24,000 bases of DNA from Thermoleophilia bacterium UBA6103 (GCA_002423545.1 DIWP01000002.1:5329-29328); one strand, 5' to 3'. Shown: positions 14,863 through 24,000, numbered from the stretch's first letter. Notes: generated from the sequence alone by a model not told the origin. Program-made: numbers and translations.

Positions 14863-15054
14863 ATGTCCAGAGTCTGTATCGTCTGCGGAAAGCGGCCGGT
14901 CATCGGTCACAGCCGGAGCCACTCCAACGTCGCCACCAAGCGCCGTTTCGATCCGAATCTGCAGCACGTCCGCATCATGCACGATGGCCGCCCACGTACC
15001 GCATACGTGTGCGCCCGTTGCCTGCGCGCCGGCCGCGTCACCAAGGTCCTCTGA
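14863..15054 (+). CDS. rpmB: 50S ribosomal protein L28, four-cysteine (zinc-ribbon, C+) form.
   Basis: 63 aa: [38 protein letters not shown]...[10 protein letters not shown]. This is a canonical L28 with CxxC...CxxC. The start is ATG 14863. The track's start at 14827 would add 12 non-conserved residues. Confidence 0.95.
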   Translation: MSRVCIVCGKRPVIGHSRSHSNVATKRRFDPNLQHVRIMHDGRPRTAYVCARCLRAGRVTKVL

Positions 15055-15087
15055 CGCTCACCGCCGCCTGAGCGCCGCACGGCGCCG

Positions 15088-15552
15088 TTACGGAAGCTGC
15101 CGCAGCAGATCGGCCATCTCCAGCGCCGACAGGGCGGCCGCCCATCCTTTGTTGCCGGCCTTCGTCCCGGCGCGCTCGACCGCCTGCTCGATCGTGTCGG
15201 TGGTCAGGACGCCGAACACCACCGGCACGCCGGTGTCGAGGCCGACCTTGGCGATGCCCTTGGCCGCCTCAGAAGCCACGTACTCGAAGTGCGGCGTGCC
15301 GCCGCGGATCACCGCGCCCAGACAGACGACCGCATCGTAGCGGCCCGAGCCGGCCAGCTTGGCGGCCACCAGCGGTAGCTCGAAGGCGCCGGGTACCCAG
15401 GCGACATCGATGTCGTCGTCGCTCACCTCATGGCGCCGCAGGCAGTCCAGCGCGCCCTCATGCAGACGGATCGAGATCAGCTCGTTGAATCGGCCCACGA
15501 CCAGAGCGAACTTGAGACCCCGACCGGTCAGCCTGCCTTCGAACACTGTCAT
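15088..15552 (-). CDS. ribH: 6,7-dimethyl-8-ribityllumazine synthase.
   Basis: 154 aa. [18 protein letters not shown] and GAVIRG.T.HFEYV are signatures of lumazine synthase. Confidence 0.95.
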   Translation of the reverse strand: MTVFEGRLTGRGLKFALVVGRFNELISIRLHEGALDCLRRHEVSDDDIDVAWVPGAFELPLVAAKLAGSGRYDAVVCLGAVIRGGTPHFEYVASEAAKGIAKVGLDTGVPVVFGVLTTDTIEQAVERAGTKAGNKGWAAALSALEMADLLRQLP

Positions 15553-15571
15553 GCCACGCTCCTTCTCGACC

Positions 15572-16876
15572 TCATCCCTCAGGACCCTCGCTCGGCACGA
15601 GTGCCTCGTGCTCCAGTATGTGACCCATCTTGTCGCGCTTGGTGCGCAGGTAGCGGATGCTCTCGCAGTGCGGCGTCACTTCCAGCGGCACCCGTTCGAC
15701 CACCCGCAGCCCGTAGCCCTCGAGACCGATGATCTTCTTGGGGTTGTTCGTCAGCGTGCGGATGGTGCTCAGGCCCAGGTCGGCGAGGATCTGCGCACCG
15801 ATGCCGTAGTCGCGCAGGTCGTCGGGGAAGCCGAGCTCGAGGTTGGCCTCCACGGTATCGCGCCCCCGCTCCTGCAGCGCGTACGCCTTGAGCTTGTTGA
15901 GCAGCCCGATGCCGCGCCCTTCCTGGCGCATGTACAGCACCACCCCCAGGCCTTCTGCCTCGATCCGGCGCAGCGCCTCGGCCAGCTGGTCGCCGCAGTC
16001 GCAGCGCAGCGAGCCCAGCGCATCGCCGGTGAGGCACTCGGAGTGCACGCGCACCAGGACGTCCTGCTGCCCGGCCACGTCGCCCTTGACGAGGGCCACG
16101 TGATGGGCGCCGTCGGTGAGCGACTCGTAGCCGACGGCGCGGAAGGTGCCGTACCTGGTGGGCATGGCCGCCTCGGCCTCCCGTCGGACCAGTACTTCGG
16201 TCCGACGCCGGTACTTGATGATGTCGGCCACGGTCACCATGCGCAAGCCGTGGCGCCGGCAATACGGGATCAGGTCGGGCACGCGCGCCATGGTGCCGTC
16301 GTCGTTCATGACCTCGCAGATCACCGACGCAGGTATCAGTCCTGCGAGTCGACAGAGGTCGACGCCGGCCTCGGTCTGCCCGGTACGCTCCAGCACCCCG
16401 CCCGGTCGCGCCATGAGCGGAAAGACGTGGCCGGGCTGCACCAGGTCGCCAGGAGTGGAGCGCGGGTCTATGGCCACCTGGATCGTCCGCGCCCGGTCGG
16501 CGGCCGAGATGCCTGTGGTGACACCGTGGCGGGCCTCGATCGAGACGGTGAAGGCGGTCCCGAGGGGCGCCTGATTGTCTCGCGCCATCGGCTCCAGCTC
16601 GAGCTCGCGACAGCGCTCCGGCGTGAGGGTGAGGCAGATCAGCCCGCGGCCCTCGCGTGCCATGAAGTTGATCGTCTCCCGCGTGGCGAACTCGGCCGCC
16701 AGCGTCAGGTCGCCCTCGTTCTCGCGGTCCTCGTCATCGACGACCACCACCATGCGGCCGCGCCGCAGTTCGTCGAGAGCCTCGTCGACCGTCGCCCACA
16801 CGTCACCACCCGGGTCCTCGGGACGGCATCGGGCACTGCCCTCGGAGGTCGCCAGAGGAGTCTGTTCGTCGCTCAT
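15572..16876 (-). CDS. ribBA: Bifunctional 3,4-dihydroxy-2-butanone-4-phosphate synthase / GTP cyclohydrolase II.
   Basis: 434 aa. DHBP synthase motif [14 protein letters not shown] cyclohydrolase II zinc motif [21 protein letters not shown]. Confidence 0.95.
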   Translation of the reverse strand: MSDEQTPLATSEGSARCRPEDPGGDVWATVDEALDELRRGRMVVVVDDEDRENEGDLTLAAEFATRETINFMAREGRGLICLTLTPERCRELELEPMARDNQAPLGTAFTVSIEARHGVTTGISAADRARTIQVAIDPRSTPGDLVQPGHVFPLMARPGGVLERTGQTEAGVDLCRLAGLIPASVICEVMNDDGTMARVPDLIPYCRRHGLRMVTVADIIKYRRRTEVLVRREAEAAMPTRYGTFRAVGYESLTDGAHHVALVKGDVAGQQDVLVRVHSECLTGDALGSLRCDCGDQLAEALRRIEAEGLGVVLYMRQEGRGIGLLNKLKAYALQERGRDTVEANLELGFPDDLRDYGIGAQILADLGLSTIRTLTNNPKKIIGLEGYGLRVVERVPLEVTPHCESIRYLRTKRDKMGHILEHEALVPSEGPEG

Positions 16877-16907
16877 CGTCTCGTCATCCTTCGCTTGCGA
16901 GCCTGCA

Positions 16908-17570
16908 TCAGTCGAAACCGGCCTGCGCCAGGCGTTCCCACGTCAGATCTTCCGCCGCGCTCCCCGCCGCCGCCGTCGCACGGCCGCCCTTCAGGAAGTG
17001 GGCCACATAGCGTGCCAGGACGTCGCCTTCCAGGTTCAGGACGTCGCCGCGCCGCGTCGATCCCAGGGTCGTCTGAGCGGCGGTGTGAGGGATCAGCGAC
17101 ACCCGCACGACACCGTCGTCGACGGCCACCACGGTGAGGCTGACGCCGGCCACGGCCAGCGATCCGCGCGGCATGCAGAGCGCCGCCACCTCGGGCGGCG
17201 CCGCGATGTCCAGCCAGACGGCGATCTGCTCGCGGCGCACATCGACCACGGTGCCCACCCCGTCCACGTGGCCGGTCACCAGGTGCCCACCGAGACGCGT
17301 CTGGGGCGTCGCGGCTCGCTCCAGGTTCACCGGCGCCCCGGGACGCAGCCGGCCGAGGGTGGTGCGGCGCACCGTCTCGGGCATCGCGTCGGCGCGGAAG
17401 GAGTCGTGGCCGATGGCGGTGACCGTGAGGCACACGCCGTTGGTGAGCATCGAGTCGCCCACGGCTGTGCCGGCGGTGACCAGGCCGGCGGCGACCTCGA
17501 GCTCGGCGCTCATGCCGCCGACGGTCAGCGACCGCAGCGTCCCGACCTCTTCCACGATGCCGGTGAACAT
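16908..17570 (-). CDS. ribE: Riboflavin synthase (alpha chain).
   Basis: 220 aa with the N-terminus [10 protein letters not shown], two lumazine-binding repeats and [10 protein letters not shown]. The ATG shares one base with the ribD stop (TGATG). Confidence 0.95.
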   Translation of the reverse strand: MFTGIVEEVGTLRSLTVGGMSAELEVAAGLVTAGTAVGDSMLTNGVCLTVTAIGHDSFRADAMPETVRRTTLGRLRPGAPVNLERAATPQTRLGGHLVTGHVDGVGTVVDVRREQIAVWLDIAAPPEVAALCMPRGSLAVAGVSLTVVAVDDGVVRVSLIPHTAAQTTLGSTRRGDVLNLEGDVLARYVAHFLKGGRATAAAGSAAEDLTWERLAQAGFD

Positions 17571-18826
17571 CAGCCGGCCTCCTCAACGAGCGGTAGACGG
17601 CCCACAGGACCGCCGTCCGGGTCCCCCGGCTTCTCCGCCGGTGTCGGGCGGCGCTGCGGACGACCCTCGAGCAGCAGATCGCGACCGACCATCCGCCACG
17701 CCACATCGTCGAGGGTCATGCCGTCGGCGACACGCGTGGGTGCCGGCAGTGCAAGCAGGTCGGGAGCCCCGGCGCCCAACAGCCGCGGGGTCACGAAGAG
17801 GGCGAGACGGTCGACGAGAGCGGCGTCGAGCAGGCCGGCGAACAGGCCTGGTCCGCCCTCGCAGAGGACGTCGAACAGGCCACGCTCCACCAGCGTTGTC
17901 AGGGCGCCGGCAAGACCACCGTCGAAGCGCCGGACGGTCACGCCACGCGCCGCCAGAGCGGCCTCGCGCTCCGCATCCAGGCGTTCCGCCAGCACCAGGA
18001 CTGGAGCCGTCCGTGCCGTGCGGAAGAGCTGGGCATCGAGTGGCAGGTCGCCGTGCCGCGTCACGACTACGCGGACCGGGTCGCGGCCGCTCACCGCGCG
18101 CACCGTCAGCAGCGGATCGTCGTGACGCAGTGTACCGCCGCCGATGAGGACCGCGTCCACCTGGGAGCGCCAGAGATGCACCAGTGCGCGACTCTCCTCA
18201 CCCGACAGCCAGCGCGCGTCGCCGCCGCGCGCGGCGACCTTGCCGTCGAGGCTCACGGCGGCCTTGTAGGTCACCCACGGCAGCCCGCAGCCGATCGCCT
18301 TGAGATACGCCCGATTCAGCTCCCGGGCACGGCGCCGCGGCTCGCCGGTTGCCACGACGACCTCGAGGCCGGCGGCCGCAAGGCGTGCCAGACCGCGTCC
18401 GTCGACGACGGGATTAGGGTCTTCCATGGCGACCACGACTCGTGTCACGCCGGCGGCGATGATCGCGTCGGCGCACGGCGGGGTCCTTCCGTGATGGGCG
18501 CAGGGCTCCAGGGTGCAGTAGAGAGCGGCGCCGCGCGCGGCCGGCCCAGCCTGGCGCAAGGCCACCACCTCGGCGTGCGGCAGTCCCGGCCCCAGGTGGG
18601 CGCCCTGGCCCACGATCGCGCCGTCGTGGACAAGGACGGCTCCGACCAGCGGGTTGGGGTGCACGCGCCCACGGCCCTGCGTCGCGAGGTCCAAGGCCAG
18701 ATCGAGGAACCTCACGTCGTCGCCCGAGACGTGCCGGGAGAGATCGCCGGATGGTGTGCTCTCGCGTCCTGTGGCCACCGTTGACCGCCTGATGCAGTGG
18801 GTCGGGGCGGCGACAGGCACGCGCAA
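17570..18826 (-). CDS. ribD: Bifunctional riboflavin biosynthesis protein RibD (pyrimidine deaminase / uracil reductase).
   Basis: Deaminase zinc motifs HAEVVAL and [14 protein letters not shown] are followed by a reductase domain. The start is uncertain: TTG 18826 (track), GTG 18820 or GTG 18778. The conserved region begins at ..[13 protein letters not shown]. Confidence 0.9.
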   Translation of the reverse strand: MRVPVAAPTHCIRRSTVATGRESTPSGDLSRHVSGDDVRFLDLALDLATQGRGRVHPNPLVGAVLVHDGAIVGQGAHLGPGLPHAEVVALRQAGPAARGAALYCTLEPCAHHGRTPPCADAIIAAGVTRVVVAMEDPNPVVDGRGLARLAAAGLEVVVATGEPRRRARELNRAYLKAIGCGLPWVTYKAAVSLDGKVAARGGDARWLSGEESRALVHLWRSQVDAVLIGGGTLRHDDPLLTVRAVSGRDPVRVVVTRHGDLPLDAQLFRTARTAPVLVLAERLDAEREAALAARGVTVRRFDGGLAGALTTLVERGLFDVLCEGGPGLFAGLLDAALVDRLALFVTPRLLGAGAPDLLALPAPTRVADGMTLDDVAWRMVGRDLLLEGRPQRRPTPAEKPGDPDGGPVGRLPLVEEAG

Positions 18827-18833
18827 AGCGCCC

Positions 18834-18950
18834 TGACTTCTCCCATCCGGACTGTTACCGTCGGCCCAGGTATCTCACCTGGTCGGCCTCCTGCGGAGGC
18901 TCGCGGGCTGTCACCGCCGGTGGGGACTTCCACCCCGCCCCGAAGCCACG
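18834..18950 (-). promoter_or_regulatory. FMN riboswitch (RFN element) controlling the rib operon.
   Basis: The minus-strand RNA is UGGCUUCGGGGCGGGGUGGAAGUCCCCACCGGCGGUGACAGCCCGCGAGCC...GGCCGACCAGGUGAGAUACCUGGGCCGACGGUAACAGUCCGGAUGGGAGAAGUCA. It matches the conserved RFN core blocks (GGGGCAGGGUGAAAUUCCC.ACCGGCGGU, AGCCCGCGAGC, CCGACGGUAUAGUCCGGAUG.GAGAAG). P1 pairs UGGCUUC with GAAGUCA. Confidence 0.92.
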
Positions 18951-18972
18951 TCCTGTGTGTACGTGCAGGCGT

Positions 18973-19001
18973 ATTGTATCCGACCGGCCGTCCGTCGGCC
19001 A
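18973..19001 (-). promoter_or_regulatory. Candidate promoter of the rib operon.
   Basis: On the minus strand: TGGCCG (19001-18996), a 17-nt spacer, then TACAAT (18978-18973). This lies about 25 nt upstream of riboswitch P1. The -10 is strong and the -35 is weak. Confidence 0.45.
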
Positions 19002-19084
19002 GCCGGCCGATGGGCCGGTGTGCTCACGGGTCGCCGGCCGGCCGCTTGCCTCCTCGTCGCCGGGAACGGGTGCCGGTGGTGGGT

Positions 19085-19759
19085 TCAGCGACCGCGGGCG
19101 ACGGCGGTCAGCTCCTGGAAGCGCGCTGCAGCGTCTCCCTTGAAGACTGCCGACCCGGCCACGAGCACGGTAGCGCCGGCGTCGACCAGGTCGGCGGCGT
19201 TGCCGACCCCCACGCCGCCGTCGATCTCGATGGCCACATTCTCGGGCAGGAAGCTGCGTGCGCGTCGCACCTTGTCTGTCGCCGCCGGGATGAAGCTCTG
19301 CCCGCCGAAGCCGGGGTCGACCGACATGATCAGCACCAGGTCGCAGTCGTCCCACACATCAGCCAGCGTCTCGACCGGCGTCGCCGGATTGAGCGACACT
19401 CCGGCCCAGGCTCCGGCGGCTCTGATCTGAGCCAGCACGCGGTGCAGATGCACACACGCCTCCTGGTGCACGGTCAGGCCGTCGGCGCCGGCGGTCGCGA
19501 ACTCGTCCACGTAGAGATCCGGCCGTTCGATCATGAGGTGCACGTCGAGCAGGCCGCCCCTGTCGTGGACCAGCGGCGCCAGGGCCGCGACCACCGCCGG
19601 GCCGATGGTGATGTTGGGGACGAAGTGCCCATCCATGACGTCGACGTGGATGACATGTGCTCCGGCGTCCATGACCGTGGCGATCTCTTCCCCGAGACGC
19701 GCGAAGTCGGCGGAGAGGATGGACGGCGCGATGTGGATCTCGGCGGGTGGCTGCTTCAT
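19085..19759 (-). CDS. rpe: Ribulose-phosphate 3-epimerase.
   Basis: Motifs PSILSADFARLGEE, HVDVMDGHFVPN and MSVDPGFGGQ. ATG 19759 gives 224 aa, the typical length, and is preceded by GGAG 6 nt upstream. The track start at 19873 adds 38 non-conserved residues. Confidence 0.93.
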   Translation of the reverse strand: MKQPPAEIHIAPSILSADFARLGEEIATVMDAGAHVIHVDVMDGHFVPNITIGPAVVAALAPLVHDRGGLLDVHLMIERPDLYVDEFATAGADGLTVHQEACVHLHRVLAQIRAAGAWAGVSLNPATPVETLADVWDDCDLVLIMSVDPGFGGQSFIPAATDKVRRARSFLPENVAIEIDGGVGVGNAADLVDAGATVLVAGSAVFKGDAAARFQELTAVARGR

Positions 19760-19893
19760 CGGTGGCTCCAGTCTCCGTTGCCGACGCTGTGTCACGACCG
19801 GTCGCCGGGAGCCCATGAGCCTCACCTCGCCGACCTCCCGGGCGCACATCATCTCATGACTTCGGGTCATCACTGTCGGCCGCCGCGCGCTCC

Positions 19894-21276
19894 TCAGCGG
19901 CGGCGCAGACGGGCCACGAAGAAGCCGCTGGTGCCGTCACGCGGCGGCAGGGTCAGCAGCGCCGCGCCCAGTCGTTCATCCCGCAGCGCCGGGAACATCG
20001 TCCCCAGGTCGTCGAGCTCCACATGGGTCCGCCGCATCACGGCAGACACCACGTCCACGGTCTCACGGCGCGTCATGGTGCAGACCGCGTACGTCACACC
20101 GCCACCGGGACGGGCCAGCAGGACCGCTCGCTCGAGCAGTGCCTCCTGAGTCCGGGCGAGCCGTTCGACGTCGCCGGGCCGGCGTCGCCAGCGCAGATCG
20201 GGGCGGGTCGCCATCGTGCCCAGCCCGCTGCACGGAGCGTCCACGAGCACCACATCGAACTCACCGTCCAGATCGTCCGGCAGCCGCATCGAATCATCGA
20301 CCAGTACCTCGGCTCCGGCGACCCGCATCCTGTCGAGCGTCGCTCGCAGCTGTGCGGCACGCTGCCGGTCGGAATCGACGGCCAGAAGACGGTGGGGTCT
20401 GAGCAGGGCCGCCAGATGCACCGTCTTGGCGCCCGGCGCCGCGCACAGGTCGGCCACGTCGCCGCCGCCGGCCATGCCGGCGGCCGCGACGACACCGACG
20501 AGTTGGGCGGCACGCGACTGCGGCGTCACTAGACCATCGCCAAAGGCGCGCGAGCGTTCCAGCGCCGGTCCCTGGTAGAGCAGCGCCTGCGGCCACGGAG
20601 GCCGGCCATCGGGCGACGATGAGGCTGGCGGCGACGGTGCCGCGGCGACCGCGATGCCGTCCTGCGCCAGAGCCGCCACGGCCTCGGGAACTGAGGCGAG
20701 CAGCGTGTTCACACGCAGACAGCGCTCCGGCACGTCATTGCCCTGGGCGAGCAGCGCCACGGTCGGCTCCTGCCCCCACTCCGCGATCAGGGCGTCGATG
20801 AGCCATGGTGGGTACGAGAAGCGCACCGACAGTCCCTCTGTCCCGGCCGCGCCGGCGGCGCGTGCGAAGATCGCGTTGCCCTCGTCGGCGGCCCGTCGCA
20901 GCACCGCGTTGACCAGACCGGCGCTGCCCGGTCCCGACCCTCGTGCCAGCTCGACGGACTCCGCCACCGCGGCATGGACCGGGATGCGGTCGAGAAAGAG
21001 CAGTTGATAGACGCCGAGCCGCAGCGCCGCGCGCACCTCCGCGGGCATCGATCGCAGCGGGTGACGTGAGAGGACCGCGATGACGGCGTCGAGGCTGCGG
21101 CGACGCTTCGTGACGCCGCTGGCGAGCTCCCAGAACAGCGCCGCGTCGCGGCCGTCGAGATCCGCCCGAGCCGCCTCCCCGCGCAGTGCCGTCTCAAAGC
21201 GTACGCCGTCCTGTTCGACGGCGACCAGGACCCGCTGCGCCGCGCGGCGAGCCGGGGTCACCGACCGGTGAGCCAT
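19894..21276 (-). CDS. rsmB: 16S rRNA (cytosine967-C5)-methyltransferase RsmB/Sun.
   Basis: 460 aa with an N-terminal NusB-like domain, the SAM motif DLCAAPGAKT and the catalytic Cys motifs VDAPCSGLGT and YAVCT. It overlaps the fmt stop by 19 nt. Confidence 0.9.
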   Translation of the reverse strand: MAHRSVTPARRAAQRVLVAVEQDGVRFETALRGEAARADLDGRDAALFWELASGVTKRRRSLDAVIAVLSRHPLRSMPAEVRAALRLGVYQLLFLDRIPVHAAVAESVELARGSGPGSAGLVNAVLRRAADEGNAIFARAAGAAGTEGLSVRFSYPPWLIDALIAEWGQEPTVALLAQGNDVPERCLRVNTLLASVPEAVAALAQDGIAVAAAPSPPASSSPDGRPPWPQALLYQGPALERSRAFGDGLVTPQSRAAQLVGVVAAAGMAGGGDVADLCAAPGAKTVHLAALLRPHRLLAVDSDRQRAAQLRATLDRMRVAGAEVLVDDSMRLPDDLDGEFDVVLVDAPCSGLGTMATRPDLRWRRRPGDVERLARTQEALLERAVLLARPGGGVTYAVCTMTRRETVDVVSAVMRRTHVELDDLGTMFPALRDERLGAALLTLPPRDGTSGFFVARLRRR

Positions 21277-22151
21277 CGTCCGGCACCGCGCAGGAACGTC
21301 GCCGTACTCTGCCGCCGGCCGCCGGGCGCCTGCAGCTCAAGGATCTCGACGCAGCCACGTCCGGCCGGGACCACCAGACGGTCGCCCTCTGCAGAGTCTG
21401 GCGGCTCTTCGAGCGTTGCTGCCCGCCACACCATGACGTCGCGGCCTTCGAGCTGCGTACGAGCGCCGACATCCGGCGACAACGCCCGCACCTGATCGAC
21501 GATCTGCTGCGCATCGCGACGCCAGTCGATGCGCCGGTCGTCTTTGGTGATCTTGCGTGCAAGGCTCGGCGTACCTGTCTGCTCGGTCCAGACCACGGTG
21601 CCGTCGTCGATCGCGGCCAGAGTCTGCAGCAGCGCGGCGGCCGCCGCTGGCGCCAGGATCTCGAAGGCGCGGCCGCTGTCTGCGTCGGCCGGCACCCGCA
21701 CCTCCAGCGACTCTCCTATGGGGCCGGCGTCCACCGCCTCGACCATCCTGAGGATCGCCACGCCGAGCGTCGTCTCGCCGGCCATCAGCGCCCGCTGCAC
21801 GGGGGCGGCGCCGCGCCAGCGCGGCAGCGCCGACGGATGGACCACCAGCGTCGGTATCGCCTGCAGGACCTCGGACCCGATGATCTCGCCGTAGGCGCAG
21901 ACGACGAACATGTCCGGCCGCGTCTCCAGAAGCTCTCGCAGGGCCGCGTCGTGCAATCGCTCCGGCTGCAGGATCGGCAGAGCCGCCGCGAGCGCGACCT
22001 CTTTGACCGGCGACGGCTGCGGCGTACCGTGACGCCCTCGCGGGCGATCTGGTCTGGTGACGACCAGCACCACGTCGTGCCCACCCTGGGACAGCAGCTC
22101 GCGCAGCGTCATGGCGCCGAACGAAGAGGTGCCCGCGTAGGCCAGCCTCAT
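21258..22151 (-). CDS. fmt: Methionyl-tRNA formyltransferase.
   Basis: 297 aa. The N-terminus is RLAYAGTSSFG, followed by VVTRPDRPRGR and HPSALPRWRGAAPVQRA (the SLLP.YRGAAPI motif). Confidence 0.95.
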   Translation of the reverse strand: MRLAYAGTSSFGAMTLRELLSQGGHDVVLVVTRPDRPRGRHGTPQPSPVKEVALAAALPILQPERLHDAALRELLETRPDMFVVCAYGEIIGSEVLQAIPTLVVHPSALPRWRGAAPVQRALMAGETTLGVAILRMVEAVDAGPIGESLEVRVPADADSGRAFEILAPAAAAALLQTLAAIDDGTVVWTEQTGTPSLARKITKDDRRIDWRRDAQQIVDQVRALSPDVGARTQLEGRDVMVWRAATLEEPPDSAEGDRLVVPAGRGCVEILELQAPGGRRQSTATFLRGAGRWLTGR

Positions 22152-22170
22152 GCAGGCACCGCCCCCGGCG

Positions 22171-22731
22171 TCAGAGCGCCGGCACGCTGTCGCGAAGCTC
22201 GCGCATGGCGGCGGCGCGCTCGCGACGGCCGGTCCGGTCGAGGATCAGCACGCCCTCGAGATGATCGACCTCGTGCTGGATGACCCGTGCCTCGAGGCCC
22301 TCGGCGCGGAAGCGGACCGCCTCACCGTGCACGTCCTGTCCTGCGACCTCGATGCCGGCTGCGCGGACCACCGGGACCATGACACCCGGGACGCTGAGGC
22401 ATCCCTCGTCGAACTCGGCAGAGTCCTCTGAGGTCCACGTGATGTCGGGATTGACCAGGATGCGGGGCTCCTCGTCGTCGACCTCGAACACGATCAGTCG
22501 CTTCTGGACGCCCAGCTGCGGCGCCGCCAGGCCGATGCCCGGTGCGTCGTGCATGATCTGGATCATGCGGAAGGCGAGCTTGCGCAACGCGCCGTCGAAG
22601 CTCTCGACGATGTGCGCCCGGTCACGCAGCACGGGGTCTCCGACCACACGGATCTCGCGCTGTGCCGCCTGACTGCGAGCGGCCGCTTCTGCCTCGGACA
22701 GGCGACCGCGTGACGTCCCACTTCGACTCAT
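22171..22731 (-). CDS. def: Peptide deformylase.
   Basis: 186 aa with all three deformylase motifs: GIGLAAPQLG, EGCLSVPG and QHEVDHLEG. Confidence 0.95.
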   Translation of the reverse strand: MSRSGTSRGRLSEAEAAARSQAAQREIRVVGDPVLRDRAHIVESFDGALRKLAFRMIQIMHDAPGIGLAAPQLGVQKRLIVFEVDDEEPRILVNPDITWTSEDSAEFDEGCLSVPGVMVPVVRAAGIEVAGQDVHGEAVRFRAEGLEARVIQHEVDHLEGVLILDRTGRRERAAAMRELRDSVPAL

Positions 22732-22801
22732 CTTCCACCGTCTCTCATCGTCGTCGCTTCATGCTACCGTGGTGGGCGCGGGCAGGCTACCTGGTGCCCG
22801 C

Positions 22802-24000
22802 TCACAGCCTGACGGGTTCGACGTCCACCATGAGCCGCACGCCGCGTCCCGCCAGCTGCCGCTGCAGCCGCGCCACGACGTGGCGCACCACAGGAAGAGT
22901 CTTCCCCATCTCGGTGGTCTTGATCACGCAGCGGCAGAAGTAGCGGCCCCTCTCCCGACCGACGACACCCGGTCCCATGACGACCTCGCCGTGTCCGAGT
23001 GCCCCACGCATCGCGGCTGCCACAGCGACTCCGGCTGCGGGCACCGGTTCGGCGGCCGGTGACGACGTGTGCAGCGCGATGAGTGTACTGGCCGGCGGAT
23101 ACGACAGGGCGCGGCGACGCTCCAGCTCGTCGGCGTAGAAGCCCTCCACATCGGCGGCTGCCGCGGCGACGATGGGCCGCGCCTCGGGCGCATACGTCTG
23201 GACGATCACCCGGCCCGACCGCCGGCCGCGGCCGGCTCGGCCGCCGACCTGCAGCAGCATGGCGAAGGTGCGCTCCTCGGCGCGAAAGTCGGGGAAGTAC
23301 AGCGCCAGGTCGGCGTTGACCACGCCGACCAGCGTCACTTCAGGGAAGTGGTGCCCTTTGGCGACCATCTGGGTGCCGACCAGCACGCCCGGGCCCGGCT
23401 TGGCGAAGCGGTCGAGAAGCGCGTGCAGCCGCCGGTATGAGCCGGCGACGTCGGAGTCGAGGCGTAGCAGCGCCACACCGGGCAGCATGGCGGCCACCTC
23501 GGCTTCGAGGCGCTCCGTGCCCACTCCGTGACGCCCCACATCGAGGCCGCCGCAGACAGGGCACACGTGCGGCGCCGCCTGACGCCGACCGCAGATGCGG
23601 CAGCGCAGCTCGGTCGCCCGGCGGACGAGCGCGTAGGCGACATCGCACGACGGGCACATCCAGGTGTGGCCGCAGTGCGCGCACGACACATAGCTGGCGA
23701 TGCCGCGGCGGTTGAGGAACAAAATCGCCTTGCTGCCGCTTTCCACGCACGCCACCAGGGCGCTGCGCAGCTCCGCACAGAGCACATCGTGCGAGTCGCG
23801 CAGGTCGACGATCTCCAGGGCCGGCGGCCGCGATCCGTCGACGCGGCGGGTCAAACGCGCGTGCACAGCGACGTCCGCCCACGTCTCCACCCGTGGCGTG
23901 GCGGAACCGAAGACGAGCGCCGCACCGTCGGCCGCGGCCCGCCAGCGAGCGATCGTGCGCGCATCGTAGCGCGGGTCGCTCTCCTGCTTGTAGGAGTCGT
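22802..24000 (-). CDS. priA: Primosomal protein N' (PriA helicase), C-terminal part. The gene continues beyond the right edge.
   Basis: Helicase C-terminal motifs VLVGTQMVAKGHHFP and QVGGRAGRG. Four-CxxC zinc module (CAHCGHTWMCPSC...CRICG...CPVCGG). The frame stays open upstream of the track's GTG 23890 to position 24000. That upstream part translates as DSYKQESDPRYDARTIARWRAAADGAALVFGSATPRVETW, which is PriA-like. Confidence 0.93.
   Translation of the reverse strand, partial: DSYKQESDPRYDARTIARWRAAADGAALVFGSATPRVETWADVAVHARLTRRVDGSRPPALEIVDLRDSHDVLCAELRSALVACVESGSKAILFLNRRGIASYVSCAHCGHTWMCPSCDVAYALVRRATELRCRICGRRQAAPHVCPVCGGLDVGRHGVGTERLEAEVAAMLPGVALLRLDSDVAGSYRRLHALLDRFAKPGPGVLVGTQMVAKGHHFPEVTLVGVVNADLALYFPDFRAEERTFAMLLQVGGRAGRGRRSGRVIVQTYAPEARPIVAAAAADVEGFYADELERRRALSYPPASTLIALHTSSPAAEPVPAAGVAVAAAMRGALGHGEVVMGPGVVGRERGRYFCRCVIKTTEMGKTLPVVRHVVARLQRQLAGRGVRLMVDVEPVRL

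Noticed and set aside
14773-14982. A 5' extension of the 154-aa minus-strand ORF across the intergenic region and into rpmB.
   Set aside because: It would run antisense through the rpmB promoter and coding sequence, and it has no homology. Only the C-terminal 84 aa resemble DUF1858.
15072-15085. A small hairpin, GCGCC-GCAC-GGCGC, between the convergent rpmB and ribH, checked as a possible bidirectional terminator.
   Set aside because: The stem is only 5 bp and has no flanking T- or A-runs on either strand. It is too weak to call.
19760-19873. A 38-codon N-terminal extension of rpe in the track, together with a CCGGGAG...CTCCCGG hairpin in this spacer.
   Set aside because: Epimerase homology starts right after ATG 19759, which has a GGAG SD and gives the normal length of about 224 aa. 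The hairpin has a 22-nt loop and no U-tract, so I cannot assign it a function.
22732-22801. A hairpin, GCGGGCA-N10-TGCCCGC, after the priA stop, and a TAGCAT hexamer before def.
   Set aside because: There is no U-tract and no matching -35. priA-def are normally co-transcribed, so I keep this as unsupported.
1-24000. A search for defence systems, toxin-antitoxin pairs, mobile elements, integrases, tRNA-linked islands and AT-rich acquired segments.
   Set aside because: Every gap between supported genes is 158 bp or shorter. All genes belong to housekeeping families. The few AT-richer patches are explained by promoters, the PyrR motif or codon choice at conserved residues. I found nothing that supports an accessory island.

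Overview
This is a very GC-rich, gene-dense stretch of core chromosome. I can support 26 protein genes, 25 of them on the minus strand, plus three cis-regulatory RNA or promoter regions. There are no tRNA or rRNA genes, CRISPR arrays, transposases, integrases or recognisable defence genes.

Gene order, read along the minus strand from right to left:
- priA (5' end off-window), def, fmt, rsmB, rpe
- FMN riboswitch, then ribD, ribE, ribBA, ribH
- rpmB, the only plus-strand gene, which is divergent from the next operon
- a DUF1858 CxxC protein, asp23-family, fakA (yloV), degV/fakB, recG
- a DHH-DHHA1-CBS-nucleotidyltransferase fusion, an M50 metalloprotease, pgeF, yggS, sepF, proC
- divIVA, DUF167/yggU, lspA, rluD
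- a PyrR-binding leader, then pyrR (3' end off-window)

This is essentially the Bacillus ylo and ylm/pyr neighbourhoods preserved in a high-GC genome. That suggests an Actinobacteria-like Gram-positive lineage, which is an unverified inference.

Most long plus-strand ORFs in the track are antisense shadow ORFs, typical of GC-rich DNA. Several track ORFs have over-extended 5' ends, which I trimmed on the basis of Shine-Dalgarno (SD) sites, homology or overlaps.

I do not see a convincing new multi-gene system. The items most worth a second look are:
- the DHH-CBS-CCA-type fusion, which heads a translationally coupled operon with an M50 protease and PgeF
- a pyrR leader with a three-way alternative pairing that buries the SD
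- two divergent promoters that share one AT-rich -10 core between rpmB and a DUF1858-led asp23-fakA-fakB operon
- a DivIVA with a long Pro/Ala-rich linker and an acidic aromatic C-terminal peptide
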